Shown one piece after another: positions 57,386 to 64,000 of a DNA stretch of 64,000 nt. Where the stretch lies: the NCBI RefSeq assembly GCF_009914755.1, contig NC_060925.1; one strand, written 5' to 3'. Source of the stretch: the human T2T-CHM13v2.0 reference genome, Homo sapiens. Under the pieces are notes generated by a model. The model did no database searches and was not told where the DNA came from. It worked only from the letters and a program-made list of their open reading frames with translations. Both the position numbers and the translations under genes were made by a program. How positions within the stretch are numbered: position 1 is the first letter of the stretch; each line of letters opens with the position of its first letter.

Positions 57386-58209
57386 ACTCCATATATTATC
57401 ATACAACTTTATTATCTGCTTTTAACATTTCCTGCCTCCCAAGCATAATGTGAGAAAAATTATCTGTGTAAAAGACTATTCTACACTTTCTTTAAAAGCT
57501 GGACAGCTTTTTTTGGCTTCTGGATGAAAGCACAAATTTAAAATGAGTATTTTTAATATTTTTTCCCAAAAGATATTAGGTATTTATATTTGTAGCTACT
57601 TTAATTTCCCAAAGACTTACATTAGTGTTTATGTCTATGCATTTGCAGAATGAAAGACAGATTTGGATTATAGAAAAAAAAATTTTAACAAACTCCAGAT
57701 CACAGTGTAATGATTTATTTATATGTTAATAAATTTTCCCTAAGTACAGCATCTCTAGCAGGAACTGAGCAGATCAGCTTTAATGGTACTACTAAGTATC
57801 ATCTCCACCTTGATCAAATAAGACTGAACTACACACATGTAAATATAGCCACATTCATCAAATGGATCAGAAGTTCTAGGTGTCTTTTCTAAAATTCACC
57901 ATTAGTAATGAGAAAGGGATGGCAACTGATGATTATTCCAAATTGTAAGCTTATTGGCTTCCCTTAAATTGTTTTGTTTTTCTCAGAGGAAAACTTGCAG
58001 ATACATTTCCTTCTCTGCTCTTACCTAAAAGCTTTGTTATAACACCTATCAAGAATTCTTCAACCTACAGTCTGATCTTCAATGTCAATATTCTCAGCTC
58101 TAGTACCCACCATGTGAGATGGCAGGCAATACTGACATAGCCTTGATTCTGGGCTTTTCGCCCCATTCTCCTGAGCTTCTTCATGAAGTATTCACAATTG
58201 TATGCAAGG

Positions 58210-58800
<591 letters not shown>

Positions 58801-59246
58801 TATTGTTACTATTTTGATTTGCAGGTAGGGACTCCGAGGTTCAGAAACGCTAATGATTTGGCCAAGGCCACATGTTCCTATAAGCAGCAGAGCTGAGACT
58901 GGATTTGAGCTGTCTGCCTCCAGAGCCCAGGAGCATAGCCACCCTGAGGAGTGATATCAGGCTGGGAATTACAGCCCTGACTCAATTAAGAAGCTTCCTA
59001 TTAGGTTTCCCACATACCTTATGATACTGTTGTGGCAGGATTCCCTGTGACTGTTCTATTCAGCTGTTATGGAAATGTTTTATTAGCTCCTAATCGTGAA
59101 CTTTAATGTATAAAAGTGAGAAATAAATCACACATAAAGACTATATTCTAAATAGCCAATGTTTTATACAACATAAAAACAAAATTTATATATATAAACC
59201 AGAATATTATAACATTAATCTAAAATTCATAAAAATATAATATTGA

Positions 59247-60332
<1,086 letters not shown>

Positions 60333-61149
60333 TAAAACAACTTTACTTGAACGTTCTGTTCGAACACTTGGAACACACCTTAATCAAGTTGGATGAAATA
60401 CTGTCACTGTGAATACAACATACACTTGTTCATCAAATAATAAAATATCTCTTTAAATAAATATAAAAAAGGGAAAGCAGTTATCATTATTTCTGAGATC
60501 ACAGTTTGCAATAAACACCCAGTTTAATTATGTTTTAACTATTTAAACCAGAAATAACTCATTGAACAATTTTGATTTTTCATATTTATATAAAGGACAT
60601 GCATACACCTGTACACAATATGTCTTACCAATAAACAAATTGAATAAATTGAGGAAAATGCCAATTGAATAGCTGGTATAAAATAATTTTCCTAGATTAA
60701 CATATATGGTCTTCTAACTGACGGACTTCCAGAACTTCTTAAAGTCCAGTAGGAAAATGTGTAAACTATCAAAATGATACTGAATTAAACCTTATTTCTC
60801 TCCCTGAATTTCAAAAGACACATCAAGGAACTGAATACCTGAAGGAAGACTCCATCTTCAATGAAACTGGGTTATGGATACAATTCTAAAACAAATAAGA
60901 GAATAAGAGAAATAACTCTTCCAAGATACAGTGAAATGTGAAATAAATTGAACATGGAGGTATAATAACCACCTTTCCAGAGAGGTGCCCCTTACCTGAA
61001 ATGACTTTTTCCTCTTGGAGCACCTAAAGTCTGAAGTAGCCATTGACAGATGGTTCTGTAGAATGACAAAAGAAGAGAGACTGAGAGTGGGGAGATGTTG
61101 ACAGACCATCTTTATTTTAAATACCAAGGTTCCTAACGTATAAAATTTG

Positions 61150-61575
61150 CCTGGACATAGAAAGACAAATATTGCGTGTTCTCATTTATATGTGGGAGCT
61201 AAAACAGTGGATCTCATGGAGGTAGAGAGAATAGTGGTCACCAGAGACTGGGAATGGTATTGGGGAGGGGGTGTTGAAGAGAGGTTGGCTAATGGGTACA
61301 AAATACAGTTAGATAGAAGGAATACATTTTAGTGTTCAATAGCACAGTAGGGTGACTACAGTCAACAATAACTTATTGTATTTTCAAAATAGCTAGAAGA
61401 AATATTTGGAACGTTCCCAACACAAAGAAATAACAAGTGTTTGAGGTGATGAATAGCCCAATTACCCTGATTTGATCACTACACATTGTATGCATGTATC
61501 AAAATAATACCATGTGCACTCCAGAAATATGTACACTCACTATGAATCAATAAAAATTAACAAAATCAGCTAAAA
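61150..61575 (+). mobile_element. L1MA 3'UTR fragment
   Basis: ttctcatttatatgtgggagctaaaa..., caattaccctgatttgatca. Confidence 0.88.
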
Positions 61576-62145
61576 AAATTGAACAAATATAAACAATACA
61601 ACTAAAATCTGCCTGGAGATGAGATAAGGGAAAGAACAGAGAAGCAGCAATCAGCATTATGGTTATACGTTTGTACAGTTTATGCACTGCCAAGAGACAA
61701 GTTGGAATAAAAATTCAGCCTGTGTTTTTCTGGCCAAACATATGCCCAGTTTAGGACCATCTGAAGGAAGACAATTTTCCTAGTGCATACAAAGGTGCTT
61801 TTTAGTGTAGCAGCATCCCTATAGTTGTTGATCAAAGTCATCTGAAAAATAATAAACAAAATATAAATGTAAATCAACACATATGACACTTAAACCTGTG
61901 GGAATGTGAGTCCTCAAACTTTCTGCTCACATGGAATTTGGTTGGGGGGATGGTATAAAAATGTATCCCCAGGTGCTAAAATGCAAGAAGCATAATGAAT
62001 ATTTTGAAAACATATACTGAAGGGAAGCTGCTGACCGTTCTGGCTATTTCCCCCACCTACTCTCCACTTTATTATTGAGCAAAGTGATAATGAAAATGCA
62101 ACTTTCACTTAAAGATATAATATAAACAAGAAAGAAAATATCATA

Positions 62146-62275
62146 GCTGGGCAGGATAGTACGCACCTGAAGTTCCAAGCTACTAAGGAGTCTTAGGCAG
62201 GAGGATCACTTGAGCCCAAGAGTTTGAATCTAGCTTGGGCAATATAGTTAGAACCCAATCTCTAAAAAATAAACA
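62146..62275 (+). mobile_element. FLAM_A-like Alu monomer
   Basis: ggaggatcacttgagcccaagagtttga, monomeric. Confidence 0.8.
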
Positions 62276-62459
62276 AGGAAAAAACCATTATGGAATGTAT
62301 GCAAACATACACATATGCTATATTATTATATTTTTAAAAAGAAAAGTAAAAATAAATAGTAAAACATAGATGAGGAACACACATAAGAAGAGTGATTACT
62401 CAATTATAACTAGAAACCAAATGGAATTTCAAATTCTTCTCCATACTATCAATCAATAC

Positions 62460-63420
62460 ATTTGTTCACTCATCAACAACAAAAAATTTGAACATTTAAT
62501 ATGTGTCAGCTACTGTAATAGGGACCAAGCACAGAACAGAAGAATTACATGTAGTTTTCCCTCATAGGATTTACAGAACAGTGGAAGAGGCAAAAAAATA
62601 AAATGAGTAGACAAAACACTAATGGCTAATACTTATTGAGCATAAAAAATGTGTCTTTTTCTTTTCTCAGTGCCTCATATAAACTCATAGTAACTTTAAA
62701 AGGTGGGTACTATCCTTTTCCCCATCTTATAAAAATGTTAGTTTTTTTATCTAAGATCATTTAAGTAATAAGTGGCAGAGCTAGGGTTTAAGGGCGGGAA
62801 TTATCCTTCCTAGTACTTGAAACTATTTGGTTTCCAATTCCAGCTTTTATAAATATTTACAGATTGTGATAACTGCTTTGAAGGCAAAAAATAAACTACA
62901 TTAAAGTATTTTTATGTAAGAAATAACATGGTAAACTTTATTAAGATTAGGCCACTAGGGAAGGACTGTTTGAGATAACGGCATTTAAACTGATAATTAA
63001 AGGAGAAGTAGAAATTAGCAGGTGAAGAATGAAAGACTAGTGGGGAATAAGAGGTCCCAGTAGACAGAGTGATTGTAAGAACAATGGTATATATGTTCTC
63101 TAAGTAGGCTGAATGTGTACCTTACCAAACAGGATGTGTTATTAAATTGATATTCAACTTCTAAGATCCTCTGGCAGTGCTGTGATTGGATTGGGGCTTC
63201 TGCAGGCTTCCCAAATGGAGGCTTCACGCTTGTGTTTTCCTACTGTGATTCAAGAGAGACAGGAAGTTATCTGTCATGTAGACCCCTTTAGATCATAATG
63301 TGAGCTTAGTAAATCATAAGAAATGAAAATTTTTAACCAATGACCTAAGTAAATCTGAAGCAGATTCATCTACAAATGTGGTTGACTATTAGCCATAGTC
63401 AAGACAACCATGCCAGCTAA
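62460..63420 (-). mobile_element. L2, MIR and MLT remnants
   Basis: gctaatacttattgagc, aagtggcagagctaggg (MIR); L2-like flanks. Confidence 0.55.
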
Positions 63421-63705
63421 TACATATCAAAGTGGCTAAAACTATTTAGACAGAAGGTATACTGGCAAAGTCCAATAAATGCCTAAAAAAATACAAAATA
63501 GAGATATTTCAACAATTATTTGGCAAAGTCTAACTATCTTATGATATAAACACTCAACAAACCGGGAATAGAAAAGAGTTGTTTTTTGATCAAATAAGGA
63601 GTACCTATGTAATTCCATAGCTAATATATTTTAATGATAAAAATCTAAGATCTTTCTGCTTAAGATCAGAAACAAGATAATGATGCTTGTTTTAACCATT
63701 TCATT

Positions 63706-64000
<295 letters not shown>

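Overview
AT-rich primate (human-like) genomic DNA, roughly half transposon-derived: L1PA/L1M, Alu/FAM/FLAM, MaLR and ERV LTRs, L2, MIR, Tigger/MER2 and microsatellites. There is no intact protein-coding gene; every long ORF in the track is L1 or THE1-internal sequence. Main observation: reading the non-repetitive intervals on the minus strand shows about 30 short segments between ~62.1 kb and ~6.8 kb, mostly bounded by AG...GT. Several chains of them join in compatible phase. Translated through stops and frameshifts, they repeatedly give motifs like the helices of an RGS (regulator of G-protein signalling) fold: L-x-F-x-x-D/E, KA..I..[YF], [IV]-[ND]-I, LF..AQ / FD, DSY.RF / FP.FL, S.[LVH]Y. 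I interpret this as a long-dead, intron-containing (possibly unitary) pseudogene of a large multi-RGS-domain protein of the RGS22/RGSL1 type. This rests on manual motif recognition and needs HMM/tblastn confirmation. Other notable items: a poly(A)-less internal L1PA fragment with a perfect 13-bp TSD, a twin-primed inverted L1PA, an 87-bp near-perfect hairpin and a complete THE1D provirus. Repeat subfamily names are from recalled consensus sequences, not from a search.
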